DNA of 24,000 nt from Bacteroides phage PhiCrAssBcn2, in sequence record OQ221537.1; one strand, 5' to 3'. Each line of letters begins with the position of its first letter. The first letter of the stretch is position 1. Below are positions 1 to 8,228 of this stretch, one piece after another. The notes beneath the pieces were generated by a model, which had not been told where the DNA came from, ran no database searches, and saw nothing but the letters and a program-made list of their open reading frames with translations. The translations under genes were made by a program, and so were the position numbers.

Positions 1-370
1 AGTTAAGCAGAGTTCCCGTAATAACATCATCAAGCTGCTTCCTATACTTCTTGAATACTTCTGGAGACTTACCATCCATAATCTTCAAGGATACAGTAGG
101 GTCAACTGTAAACTCAGACCCGTCTTGGGCATTAACTGTAAATGGAGCATAATCTACTGTTCTTACATAAGTAGGATACTCATATATCTCAGTAGTAAAA
201 GGATTGTACCACACTCTACCAGTGACAAGAGCAGCTTCTCCAACTCCCTTATCATCCCCATAAAGGCTTACTTTAATACCTTCATGTCCAGCATCAATTC
301 TCTCACAAGATGATAGACTTATCATCCCTATAAAGGCTATTAACAGCCCAATTAAAAACTTACTTTTCAT
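1..370 (-). CDS. SPFH/Band-7 (prohibitin-like) lipoprotein, C-terminus outside the window
   Basis: Reverse-strand frame from ATG at 370 is open to the window edge: MKSKFLIGLLIAFIGMISLSSCERIDAGHEGIKVSLYGDDKGVGEAALVTGRVWYNPFTTEIYEYPTYVRTVDYAPFTVNAQDGSEFTVDPTVSLK... Lipobox LSSC, then a Band-7-like N-terminus. Absent from the ORF track because it has no stop in the window. Confidence 0.75.
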   Translation of the reverse strand, partial: MKSKFLIGLLIAFIGMISLSSCERIDAGHEGIKVSLYGDDKGVGEAALVTGRVWYNPFTTEIYEYPTYVRTVDYAPFTVNAQDGSEFTVDPTVSLKIMDGKSPEVFKKYRKQLDDVITGTLLN

Positions 371-575
371 GTTTTCTTTTTAAATTTATTGTTGTAAAAC
401 ATTTGGTCTTGTAGGAAACCAAGAATGTTAATACTAATAAGAAGAATCCTACAACATTCTCCATTGTGTTGGCTTGTGAAATCATCTCAAAAGATAAGTT
501 AATTCCTAATATGAATGCCACTATCCATATTGAACCTTTAATTATATTCATCATAAATTCTAATACTTTGTCCAT
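360..575 (-). CDS. small two-TM membrane protein
   Basis: 71 aa ORF with two hydrophobic segments; follows the minus-strand gene order. Confidence 0.6.
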   Translation of the reverse strand: MDKVLEFMMNIIKGSIWIVAFILGINLSFEMISQANTMENVVGFFLLVLTFLVSYKTKCFTTINLKRKHEK

Positions 576-745
576 TCTAAATCAATAGGTATCTTCCAAG
601 AATCTCTCATAGATAAGTGAACTCCATCAAACTCTTTATGGAACCTGCTTGTTCTTGGAAACTTGAAACTTCTATAGGTATTCTTTGGTTTTCTTCTTTG
701 CCCATTTCTCCATTTCTTCTTAGTTAAAACTCTACCCTTACTCAT
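560..745 (-). CDS. small basic hypothetical protein
   Basis: 61 aa, Lys/Arg-rich, overlaps the neighbouring ORF by 16 nt. Confidence 0.5.
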   Translation of the reverse strand: MSKGRVLTKKKWRNGQRRKPKNTYRSFKFPRTSRFHKEFDGVHLSMRDSWKIPIDLEWTKY

Positions 746-933
746 ATTTCCAATAGTTTTATGTAAGTTCTTCCACCATCCTTATCATACCACAGCAATA
801 GTATATACTTGTCATAGCTTGTAATTAAATCAAAATAAGGGTGGTATCTAACAAAAGTCTTTATTAGTAAGATAATACCAAACAATCCTACTACAATTGA
901 TACAAATAACATACTATCTATACTATAAATGAT

Positions 934-1314
934 TTAATTATCAAGTACAGCATAGGTGAAACTCACTCCACCAAGCTCTTCCACAATCCTTTTGAGATGA
1001 GCCTCAAGTCTCTGCTTCTTGGTAAGTCTCTCCCAATCTCTGGGTTTGACAAAGTAAGGAGCTTCATTGGACACCATATAATTATAGGCATCCATACTCA
1101 AGTTGAGTGATTGACTTGCAGGCTTACTCTTTCTGGTCTTTACAGTGATAGTTTGAACATCTTTCCTACCATCACTCTCCTTACCTTCTACTCTCATATT
1201 GAAAGTGTCATAACCTGTGCCTACTTTTTCTTTCTCAAGAGCTTTAGCCTGCTCTTGGCTATACATAACTCCTCCTTGAAGAATTATGGATAGGCTTACT
1301 TTAACATCATTCAT
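934..1314 (-). CDS. hypothetical protein
   Basis: 126 aa ORF, charged and soluble; tightly packed with the next ORF. Confidence 0.65.
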   Translation of the reverse strand: MNDVKVSLSIILQGGVMYSQEQAKALEKEKVGTGYDTFNMRVEGKESDGRKDVQTITVKTRKSKPASQSLNLSMDAYNYMVSNEAPYFVKPRDWERLTKKQRLEAHLKRIVEELGGVSFTYAVLDN

Positions 1315-1328
1315 TCTTTATATTCAAA

Positions 1329-1709
1329 TTAATCTTTATCCCTAAGCATAGCTCCCATAAGAAGCATACCCAACATGGCTTCTGGACCTTCACCTGCCAA
1401 ATTCTTAGCTGTAATGCCAATAACAATTTCCTTTTGCTTTTCTGCAATGAATTTCTGCAAGTCCATAGGCAGAGTACCAAGTAGGTAAGTAATTACAATA
1501 GCCTTACTTTGGTCATCTTTTAGTTTGCTTAACTCAATTAGGCAGTTATCCAACACATCTTCTGCATTGGTATCACCTGTCTTTTTACCAAGGTCAATTA
1601 CCCCTTCCCTCAAATCATCCATTACTTCTTTAGGAAGTGGTTTGTCAAGACCTAATTTTTCTCTAATGTTTTCTGCGAAGCTCTCAGCTCCACTCTTTTC
1701 ATTTTTCAT
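1329..1709 (-). CDS. hypothetical alpha-helical protein
   Basis: 126 aa ORF, predicted mostly helical. Confidence 0.7.
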   Translation of the reverse strand: MKNEKSGAESFAENIREKLGLDKPLPKEVMDDLREGVIDLGKKTGDTNAEDVLDNCLIELSKLKDDQSKAIVITYLLGTLPMDLQKFIAEKQKEIVIGITAKNLAGEGPEAMLGMLLMGAMLRDKD

Positions 1710-1918
1710 TGTTTTTCTTTTTAGTAAAACCTATATTTATTATCACATAAATGTGCATAAAAAGAAAAGGCTACCAGTAATCAAACTGATAGCCTTTAAA
1801 AGATAGAATATTCTACAACACTCTTTAAAAGTTGATATAAAATCTACTCCTTTCTTACTTTAAAATTTATTGTATAATTATGATATGAAGTAAGTGTTGT
1901 ATATCACTAATCTTTGTG

Positions 1919-2057
1919 TGGGGATGGTTAGACTCGAACTAACATTTGATTGTTTTACTGACAATTGTGTAAACCTTGAAGTAACTCTCACAAATCACTA
2001 ATGCTTCCATAGAACAATTGTAAGAGGATAAAACTTGCTTTATTTCACCACATCCCC
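1919..2057 (-). ncRNA. oversized tRNA-like RNA A (Y-RNA-like RNA or intron-bearing/degenerate tRNA)
   Basis: Reverse complement: acceptor GGGGATG/CATCCCC (7 bp), T arm GTTAG-TTCGAGT-CTAAC, and a 5-bp/7-nt hairpin ATTGT-CAGTAAA-ACAAT. Total length about 139 nt, some 60 nt too long for a tRNA. No canonical D arm. Confidence 0.65.
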
Positions 2058-2161
2058 ATTTTAATTTTTAAATCACCATTTATTCCTGAACCACAACTTA
2101 ATGCTTTCTAAGTGTTATGAACTCCTGTTGGCTTTACCCCCTGTGAAGTCTGGTGATTTTG

Positions 2162-2305
2162 TGGAGGGAATTGGACTTGAACCAATGACCCGTAGCTTTC
2201 AACATGCTTTTGAAGTAACTCTATTCTACACCAACACATTACTGTGGAACATTGAACAAAGTGTAATTTTCATTTATACTGCTCTACCAACTGAGCTATC
2301 CCTCC
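2162..2305 (-). ncRNA. oversized tRNA-like RNA B (Y-RNA-like RNA or tRNA with an insertion in the anticodon arm)
   Basis: Reverse complement: acceptor GGAGGGA/TCCCTCC, canonical D arm GCTC-AGTTGGTA-GAGC, T arm ATTGG-TTCAAGT-CCAAT, variable loop GGGTC. About 70 extra nt where the anticodon arm should be. Total 144 nt. Confidence 0.75.
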
Positions 2306-2559
2306 GAAATATGCTATAGAACATTTAACAGATTATCGTAGATAATTTAAAAGATTATTGATGTAAATCTGTAATACACTAATGGCATTATATTTTAAAA
2401 CTAAGGCACAGCCACTTTAAGCTGATTTAATATGCGCAACTGTAACATAACCTTAGTTTTATGAGTTAATGTTGTAAGAACAACTAACAGACTATTGTTT
2501 GGTAAACTATATCCATATTAGCTTGAAGTAAGTCTATTATACACTATACAACATTATAT

Positions 2560-3978
2560 TTACTGTTCCTCAAACTTATTCTGCAAGCCTTCTAAAGCTG
2601 CAATATAAGTTAGGAAATGTTCTGACCAACCTGAAATCTCAGCAGTCCATCTACCTCTATAATTCACTCCCTTTGTATTGGCTGACACATCACAAATGTA
2701 ATTGTAAGTACCAAAAGGCTCAGGAAGGATAGAACTATTATACATGTGGTCTATGTCCTGTGAATCTGAGAAGATGATGATTCTATCAAAGTGGACACCT
2801 TTAAACTTGGCTTTACACCAGTCTAAACATTGTTTAGTGAATATACCTCCACCACCAATATTATTTCTTGTGTCCATGATTTGCTTGAATACACCAAATC
2901 CCTTTTGAGGATATTTGATATGTTCAGATGCTTGCTTTCTTAGGGCATCTGAACCTGCTGTAGCCACAAGTTCATAGTCCTCACATTGATTAATAGCTAA
3001 CATAGCCATTGCACATGCTTGGTCCATTCTGTTGAACTGTGATTGACCAGAAGTAAGACTACCCATAGAACCACTGACATCTACTATAAACAAGGTTTTA
3101 CCTGGAAGTTTAGGTAGATTCTTATATGATTCCAACATAGCATCTTCAATATCCCTGCTGAACTCAGGATTCATTCTTTCAGCTTTCAAGAAGTCAAGAG
3201 GCAATAACATTGATGATTTAAGTCTTGTTAATCCCTCAACAATAACTCTTCTATCAACATCTGCTTTCTTCATGTTATTTATGTTTCTCAACATAGCCAG
3301 ACCACCAATCTTATTCTCAAAGATTAATTTAGTCCAAGTCTCTTTCCTGTCTTCACCAGCAGACAATAACACTTCCCATGTTTCAGGTGGTGTAAGAGTT
3401 CTGTCAGCTACTTTCTTGAATAACTTGGTTTCATAGTCATTGTTTGGCTTGGGTCTGCATAAGAACATAACATCTCTCAGCTTAATAGCTGCATTCCTGT
3501 CATATTTAGCCAACTTATACTCATTGAAATTATGAAAGGCAGCACTTAATCCTTTCTTAGCTTGGTTACAGATAGGCTTTTTACCATCCTTCCAATATAA
3601 TGCCAAGAAATCTGTAAGCATGTCAGCCCTTGTAATAATCTTAGGCAACAAGTCAGCTACAAATAGCTTATGTTCAGGATATTTACACATTTCCACTGCT
3701 ATAAACAGAGGTGTATGTCTCAGCTTCTGCATTAATCTTGCTTCAAGAGCAATATTGTACACATCAATGGCAGGACACAAAGGTATTAGCCTCTTGATTT
3801 CTTCTGCCACTTTGAGACCATCCATATATGCAACATCTTCCCAAAGAAGATTAGCTAATACAGCTCTTCTCAATAGTGCTACATTACTTTGTTTAGCTGC
3901 CAATGCACCTGAACCACCAGCCAGTCTTTCTGTATCCAACTTTGAAGTTGGTTTCACTAATGGATTTAACTTTCCCAT
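2560..3978 (-). CDS. TROVE / von Willebrand A domain protein, Ro60 (Rsr)-like RNA-binding protein
   Basis: 472 aa. N-terminal helical HEAT-like region with ...AALEARLMQKLRHTPLF..., LPLDFLKA; C-terminal vWA with MIDAS motif FIVDVSGSMGS (DxSxS) and IIIFSDSQD. Confidence 0.88.
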   Translation of the reverse strand: MGKLNPLVKPTSKLDTERLAGGSGALAAKQSNVALLRRAVLANLLWEDVAYMDGLKVAEEIKRLIPLCPAIDVYNIALEARLMQKLRHTPLFIAVEMCKYPEHKLFVADLLPKIITRADMLTDFLALYWKDGKKPICNQAKKGLSAAFHNFNEYKLAKYDRNAAIKLRDVMFLCRPKPNNDYETKLFKKVADRTLTPPETWEVLLSAGEDRKETWTKLIFENKIGGLAMLRNINNMKKADVDRRVIVEGLTRLKSSMLLPLDFLKAERMNPEFSRDIEDAMLESYKNLPKLPGKTLFIVDVSGSMGSLTSGQSQFNRMDQACAMAMLAINQCEDYELVATAGSDALRKQASEHIKYPQKGFGVFKQIMDTRNNIGGGGIFTKQCLDWCKAKFKGVHFDRIIIFSDSQDIDHMYNSSILPEPFGTYNYICDVSANTKGVNYRGRWTAEISGWSEHFLTYIAALEGLQNKFEEQ

Positions 3979-4149
3979 AGAATTGTTTCTTTATTTAATT
4001 GACACTGCAAAGATATGTCAAAGGTTTCATATATGCAAATATATTTCCACCTTTAACATTCTTTTTATTTATTCCTCTATATTCTGGGCTTTATCTGCTT
4101 CTGAATTACAGATAATTCACCAATAGGCTTGTCTCTTTTGATTGTTGAT

Positions 4150-4665
4150 TTAGTCAGTTTCATTACTTATTCCTTTAAGATATTCTTCTTTAGTTATTTG
4201 TACACAATTGTCAGAGAATTCTTCCTTAAATTCATCTGGAATATCTCCCTGACACCATAAATTATTAGTTCTATAATAAGAACCATCATTCATTCTAAAA
4301 TAGAATTCTGCTCCCCCAAATCCTTTTGCAAATTGGGTGTTATATCCTTTGGTTCTATCCTCCCATCCATAAGATATAAAATGAGTGCCATTGAATATTA
4401 TTCTCCTTTTAGGTTCAGAAATTGGCATTCTTCTTTTCTCAATCCAAAATGCACAACAGTTGCAAACCTTTAACTCTTCCATTATATCTCTATTAGGATT
4501 GGGTCTCCACTCCTCTGGGTCTATAGGTTTAATAGGCTTGATATTATATGCAGCCTCATAATCTCTACCACAATTAGTACAGGTGTATTTAGATAGCTTT
4601 CTGGCTGCTTCTATCTCTTGTTGCAACTCTTCTGGAGTTCTATTAAAATAATTAGGTTGTTTCAT
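4150..4665 (-). CDS. hypothetical protein with Cys clusters (possible zinc ribbon)
   Basis: 171 aa; CTNCGRDYEA...CNCC pattern. Confidence 0.65.
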   Translation of the reverse strand: MKQPNYFNRTPEELQQEIEAARKLSKYTCTNCGRDYEAAYNIKPIKPIDPEEWRPNPNRDIMEELKVCNCCAFWIEKRRMPISEPKRRIIFNGTHFISYGWEDRTKGYNTQFAKGFGGAEFYFRMNDGSYYRTNNLWCQGDIPDEFKEEFSDNCVQITKEEYLKGISNETD

Positions 4666-5068
4666 CTAAATCAGGGTGTTTAAATATTAAGAATCTGCAA
4701 GCACAGCATACTATAAGATGTTGTACACCTGTTGCAGCTAATACTCCTATTACTATTAGGTTCCAATCAGGCAATGATTCCCAATTAAATAACCATAATG
4801 CACATAAGAAGAATGTAATCCATGTAGTACTACAGTAGATACAGAAACCAAGAGGATAAGCAATGAAACCTAAGAATCTATGCCATATATTAGGTGTATG
4901 ACACCCATCTATATTACAATACATCTCTGATTTCTTTACCCATTTCTTGAGTATTACATACCACCAGTGGAATATCATATCTTCCACCTTTAAACAATTT
5001 CTGTAGAAGATTCCTAATAATCCTCCTACTAATCCAACAAGGATAAATTCAAGTACAAACTGAATCAT
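4652..5068 (-). CDS. integral membrane protein
   Basis: 138 aa with several hydrophobic helices and Cys-rich segments. Confidence 0.65.
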   Translation of the reverse strand: MIQFVLEFILVGLVGGLLGIFYRNCLKVEDMIFHWWYVILKKWVKKSEMYCNIDGCHTPNIWHRFLGFIAYPLGFCIYCSTTWITFFLCALWLFNWESLPDWNLIVIGVLAATGVQHLIVCCACRFLIFKHPDLDETT

Positions 5069-5090
5069 GTTTTTTTTTAGTTCAACATTT

Positions 5091-5501
5091 TTATCTCTTC
5101 TTTAATTTAGTTTCAACAATGATTGGTTCAATATCCTTCCACTCAGTAATATTGTTACTATCAACTGGTTTACCACCATTGAATGTACATATAGTTATGT
5201 GTGGAATCTTGTTAGCACATACTGTACACATAGAACCTCCAGCTACTCTAAAAGCTAAAGACTTATCTGATGCCCCAATACCATCTATAATTATAGAGTA
5301 TCTCTCCCCCAATCTATCCTCAAAAACAGCTTCTTTTATGTAATCACTCTGAGACACATGTAATAATGTACAATGGTCTAAGTACTCCTTCTCAGATTTC
5401 AAGATTTCAGGTTGATAATTAGAATTAATCAACCAAGTTTTTAATTCAGCTTTACTCTCTTCTGTGAGAAATAAGCCATAATACTTAAAGTCTTTCATAT
5501 T
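5091..5501 (-). CDS. 2H phosphoesterase-like protein (2',3'-cyclic phosphodiesterase / ligase-like fold)
   Basis: 141 aa ORF in the track (5091..5516); the internal start MKDFKYYGLFLTEESKAELKTWL may be the true one. Two H-x-T motifs: YLDHCTLLH and IPHITICTF. Confidence 0.6.
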   Translation of the reverse strand, partial: NMKDFKYYGLFLTEESKAELKTWLINSNYQPEILKSEKEYLDHCTLLHVSQSDYIKEAVFEDRLGERYSIIIDGIGASDKSLAFRVAGGSMCTVCANKIPHITICTFNGGKPVDSNNITEWKDIEPIIVETKLKKR

Positions 5502-5727
5502 ACCACCTATTTGCAAAACTTGTTATTTCACCTCTCCTGTCCATTTCTTCTTGGTGCTTTTCATACCCCTTTTCTCTCCTTCTCTTAGATAATTCCATTT
5601 CTTCTGGAGTATCTTTATGAGTCAGAGTTAGTTTTCCATCCATGTTCTCAAACACACTGTTTACTCTACTTATCTCCATATCCCTTGGATATTTTGATAA
5701 TTTAATGATTAATTCTTGTACAGTCAT
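5500..5727 (-). CDS. hypothetical protein
   Basis: 75 aa ORF: MTVQELIIKLSKYPRDMEISR...; small phage protein pattern. Confidence 0.6.
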   Translation of the reverse strand: MTVQELIIKLSKYPRDMEISRVNSVFENMDGKLTLTHKDTPEEMELSKRRREKGYEKHQEEMDRRGEITSFANRW

Positions 5728-5890
5728 AGTATAATAGTTTATTAGAATTTACTTCTTGTCATTTCTTGTGATTTACAAGGTAGAAATGTCTTACAGCCCA
5801 TAACACCCTTTATAGCTTACCTATTAGCATCCTGTGTTTTCTGTATTTATTGTATTGCAGCCCACACCAGACCAAAACCATTTACAATTG

Positions 5891-6045
5891 TGGACTAACA
5901 AGGGATTGAACCATTGCAGTTGAATCAGTTAGCTCTCCAGACACTAAAGGTTTAAATTTCCCAAACCAGTAATAGATTACTTCTATTCATCCTTGCAAAG
6001 ACTTCAAGAACTTCTCAAATTACCTACCTGTGGAGTAGTTATTCC
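5891..6045 (-). other. weak tRNA-like element with a long insertion
   Basis: Reverse complement has GGAATAA at the 5' side versus TTAGTCC (one mismatch) and a TTCAATC T-loop-like motif with an imperfect stem. Weak; may be a degenerate tRNA. Confidence 0.25.
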
Positions 6046-6102
6046 TAAGTAGCATCATCAACTGTTACAAAATGTGCACCTCTTGTATTTATTAGCCCAT
6101 TG

Positions 6103-6174
6103 TACCCCCAAGAAGACTCGAACTTCTGTCTAAAGTTTAGGAAACTCTTGTTCTATCCACTGAACTATGAGGGC
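6103..6174 (-). tRNA. tRNA-Arg(CCT)
   Basis: Reverse complement: GCCCTCA TA GTTC-AGTGGATA-GAAC A AGAGT-TTCCTAA-ACTTT AGACA AGAAG-TTCGAGT-CTTCT TGGGGGT A. Confidence 0.9.
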
Positions 6175-6237
6175 AGAATGTAGCCATGTTTCACAACATA
6201 GCTACTCCAATCTAATTAACCTTATATAAACACATAC

Positions 6238-6978
6238 CTAAAACAACAAATTCAATTCATCAAACAACAGTTTGGCTGCTTCCTTGGCATCCTGTGCATT
6301 CTTGAAGTACACAATACCTGCATATTGTACAGTCTTGTGTTCATAGATTGCAATACCATTTGTGAGGTCAATCTGAGCAATTACTGCTGAACCACCCATA
6401 GAAGATTTGCCAATGAAATAACCAGTCTTGCCAGCTTTCATTTCCCAACTACCATTGTAGTATTTAGCAATGATAGCCATCTTATGAAGAGTATTCCACT
6501 TGTGTTCCTCTGCATTGGGCACATTACACCAAGTACTCAACAGGCTCACTTTACTTTTCATGTAATTGTAACCAGCCAGTTCACTCTCAGAGTAAGCCTT
6601 CAATGCAATTGCTTTAAGAGCATTGTTACCACTCTTGTACCATTCCCTTGCTTCTTCAAGAGATATGGCAACATTTCTTTTCTCTTCCATGTTATTTCTT
6701 TGTTTATCAATGTCAAAATCACTTCCAGTACATTGGTTCATTACCTTTCCATTCAATAAGAAAGGTTCTATGACCTTAAGTTTGATACCATTTTGAACCT
6801 CACAAGAGTTCTTGTCCCATCCTACTACCTGCATAGCAGTAGAATATCTTTTGTCCTTAATCATATCTCCTGCTTGGATATTATCAAAAGGACACAAGAA
6901 CATGTATTGTTTCATCTTTCTTGTCTCTGAATAACCCAGTTTTTGGTCTGTATAGACCACATAAATTGTCCGTACCAT
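6238..6978 (-). CDS. hypothetical protein
   Basis: 246 aa ORF, no assignable domain by eye. Confidence 0.75.
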   Translation of the reverse strand: MVRTIYVVYTDQKLGYSETRKMKQYMFLCPFDNIQAGDMIKDKRYSTAMQVVGWDKNSCEVQNGIKLKVIEPFLLNGKVMNQCTGSDFDIDKQRNNMEEKRNVAISLEEAREWYKSGNNALKAIALKAYSESELAGYNYMKSKVSLLSTWCNVPNAEEHKWNTLHKMAIIAKYYNGSWEMKAGKTGYFIGKSSMGGSAVIAQIDLTNGIAIYEHKTVQYAGIVYFKNAQDAKEAAKLLFDELNLLF

Positions 6979-6989
6979 TTGATTATAAT

Positions 6990-7220
6990 TTAATTGAATT
7001 TGTCATCAAGGTGATTGAGATACCTACTTAATGTAAGTATCTCAAGCTCCTCTTTGTTAATAGTTTTATAACACACTCCAATAAGTATTAATACAAGTAT
7101 AAGACCATGAAAGAAATATCCATTGTCATAAATACTGTCAATACCCATCATATATAATAAGGTGACAAGAGTGGTTACATATAGTAACACACCTTTAATT
7201 ATAAGTTTAAATGTTTTCAT
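6990..7220 (-). CDS. small two-TM membrane protein
   Basis: 76 aa with two hydrophobic helices. Confidence 0.65.
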   Translation of the reverse strand: MKTFKLIIKGVLLYVTTLVTLLYMMGIDSIYDNGYFFHGLILVLILIGVCYKTINKEELEILTLSRYLNHLDDKFN

Positions 7221-7224
7221 TGTT

Positions 7225-7599
7225 TTAGTCTTTATCTGATAATACTAATACTGGCTGATATCCTTGTTTATATAATATAGTAGGCTCATGCTCATCCATT
7301 AAAGATTCTTTATCTTCTTCTGGTGCTTTAAGTATGGTTACAAGAACAGCAAATGTATCCCAATCCATAGATATAACCTGACTATACCATTCACAGTCAG
7401 GGTCAGTATAAACCATCCAATACACATAACCTCTGTTTGAATTAGAACCATGATATTCTATCACATTCTCAAGCTTAAGAGGTGTATATTCCCAAGTTTC
7501 ATCAGGTTCAGTGTACTTGACTATTGGTTCAAACTTCACACAACTGCAAGCTACTGTTATTAACAGTATGCTCATAATAAGTTTAATTATTGTTTTCAT
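7225..7599 (-). CDS. putative lipoprotein
   Basis: 124 aa: MKTIIKLIMSILLITVACSC signal peptide and lipobox. Confidence 0.7.
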   Translation of the reverse strand: MKTIIKLIMSILLITVACSCVKFEPIVKYTEPDETWEYTPLKLENVIEYHGSNSNRGYVYWMVYTDPDCEWYSQVISMDWDTFAVLVTILKAPEEDKESLMDEHEPTILYKQGYQPVLVLSDKD

Positions 7600-7600
7600 T

Positions 7601-7822
7601 TTAAATCTCTTTTAATAATTGAGTTAGATAATCAATTCTATCTTGTCTTGAAGGAGAATAGGAAGTATAAGAAGCATCTTGCTTTCTTTCTAAGTCCCAT
7701 ATTTCTTCTTGTATCCTCTTTCTTTCTTTATCTCTTGGAGAAGGACCAGTATGACTCACATAGTATGGCATTATTAAAATACCAACTACAAGTAATATAA
7801 CCAACATTGCAGTTTCATTCAT
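7601..7822 (-). CDS. small N-terminally anchored membrane protein (spanin/Rz-like size, function unknown)
   Basis: 73 aa: one N-terminal TM helix, then a charged C-terminus. Confidence 0.6.
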   Translation of the reverse strand: MNETAMLVILLVVGILIMPYYVSHTGPSPRDKERKRIQEEIWDLERKQDASYTSYSPSRQDRIDYLTQLLKEI

Positions 7823-7824
7823 AA

Positions 7825-8031
7825 TTATCTTTTTCTTTTATATTTATTGAACTCTTTTCTTGCAATATCACCTTTCTTGAAGGTCTGCATTGTGATGCTA
7901 TTGTCTGATGCAATTACTATTGACCATTCAAAAGCATGTGTCCCAAACAGTGAAACTGTTCTACCCAAAATATCTGTAACTGTAGCTCTCAATGTAGAGT
8001 CACAATTCTCTCTTTTAAATTTCTTAGCCAT
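7825..8031 (-). CDS. hypothetical protein (start trimmed)
   Basis: The track ORF 7825..8094 runs into the tRNA-like gene; the internal Met at 8031 (MAKKFKRENC...) is the more plausible start. Confidence 0.55.
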   Translation of the reverse strand: MAKKFKRENCDSTLRATVTDILGRTVSLFGTHAFEWSIVIASDNSITMQTFKKGDIARKEFNKYKRKR

Positions 8032-8060
8032 GTGTTTATAAGTTAATTTGTTAATAATTG

Positions 8061-8151
8061 AAGCACATACTGGATTTGAACCAGTGACCCTCACAATAAC
8101 TACCTTTAATTAATCATTAATGTGATGCTCTAACCACTGAGCTAATGTGCC
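8061..8151 (-). tRNA. tRNA-like gene with a 25-nt anticodon loop (isotype unresolved)
   Basis: Reverse complement: GGCACAT TA GCTC-AGTGGTTA-GAGC A TCACA-[TTAATGATTAATTAAAGGTAGTTAT]-TGTGA GGGTC ACTGG-TTCAAAT-CCAGT ATGTGCT. Every arm is intact except the loop, which is 18 nt too long. Confidence 0.75.
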
Positions 8152-8228
8152 TTTGATTTTGATGTTATTATATCCACCCATGTACTCTTCCTTAAATAGG
8201 CTGACTGTCTTTTTAATTTTCCTTTACT

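Noticed and set aside
1525-1806. 93-aa plus-strand ORF
   Set aside because: Antisense to a better-supported minus-strand gene.
1919-2305. Group I or group II intron in the tRNA-like genes
   Set aside because: The insertions are only about 60-70 nt and lack the conserved core or domain V sequences and any homing endonuclease ORF.
2101-2319. 72-aa minus-strand ORF in the track
   Set aside because: It spans the tRNA-like RNA B (2162-2305); the peptide (FVEGIGLEPMTRSFQ...) is the usual spurious translation through a tRNA T arm.
3620-4126. 168-aa plus-strand ORF
   Set aside because: Antisense to the well-supported TROVE gene; low-complexity Ser/Leu/Ile composition.
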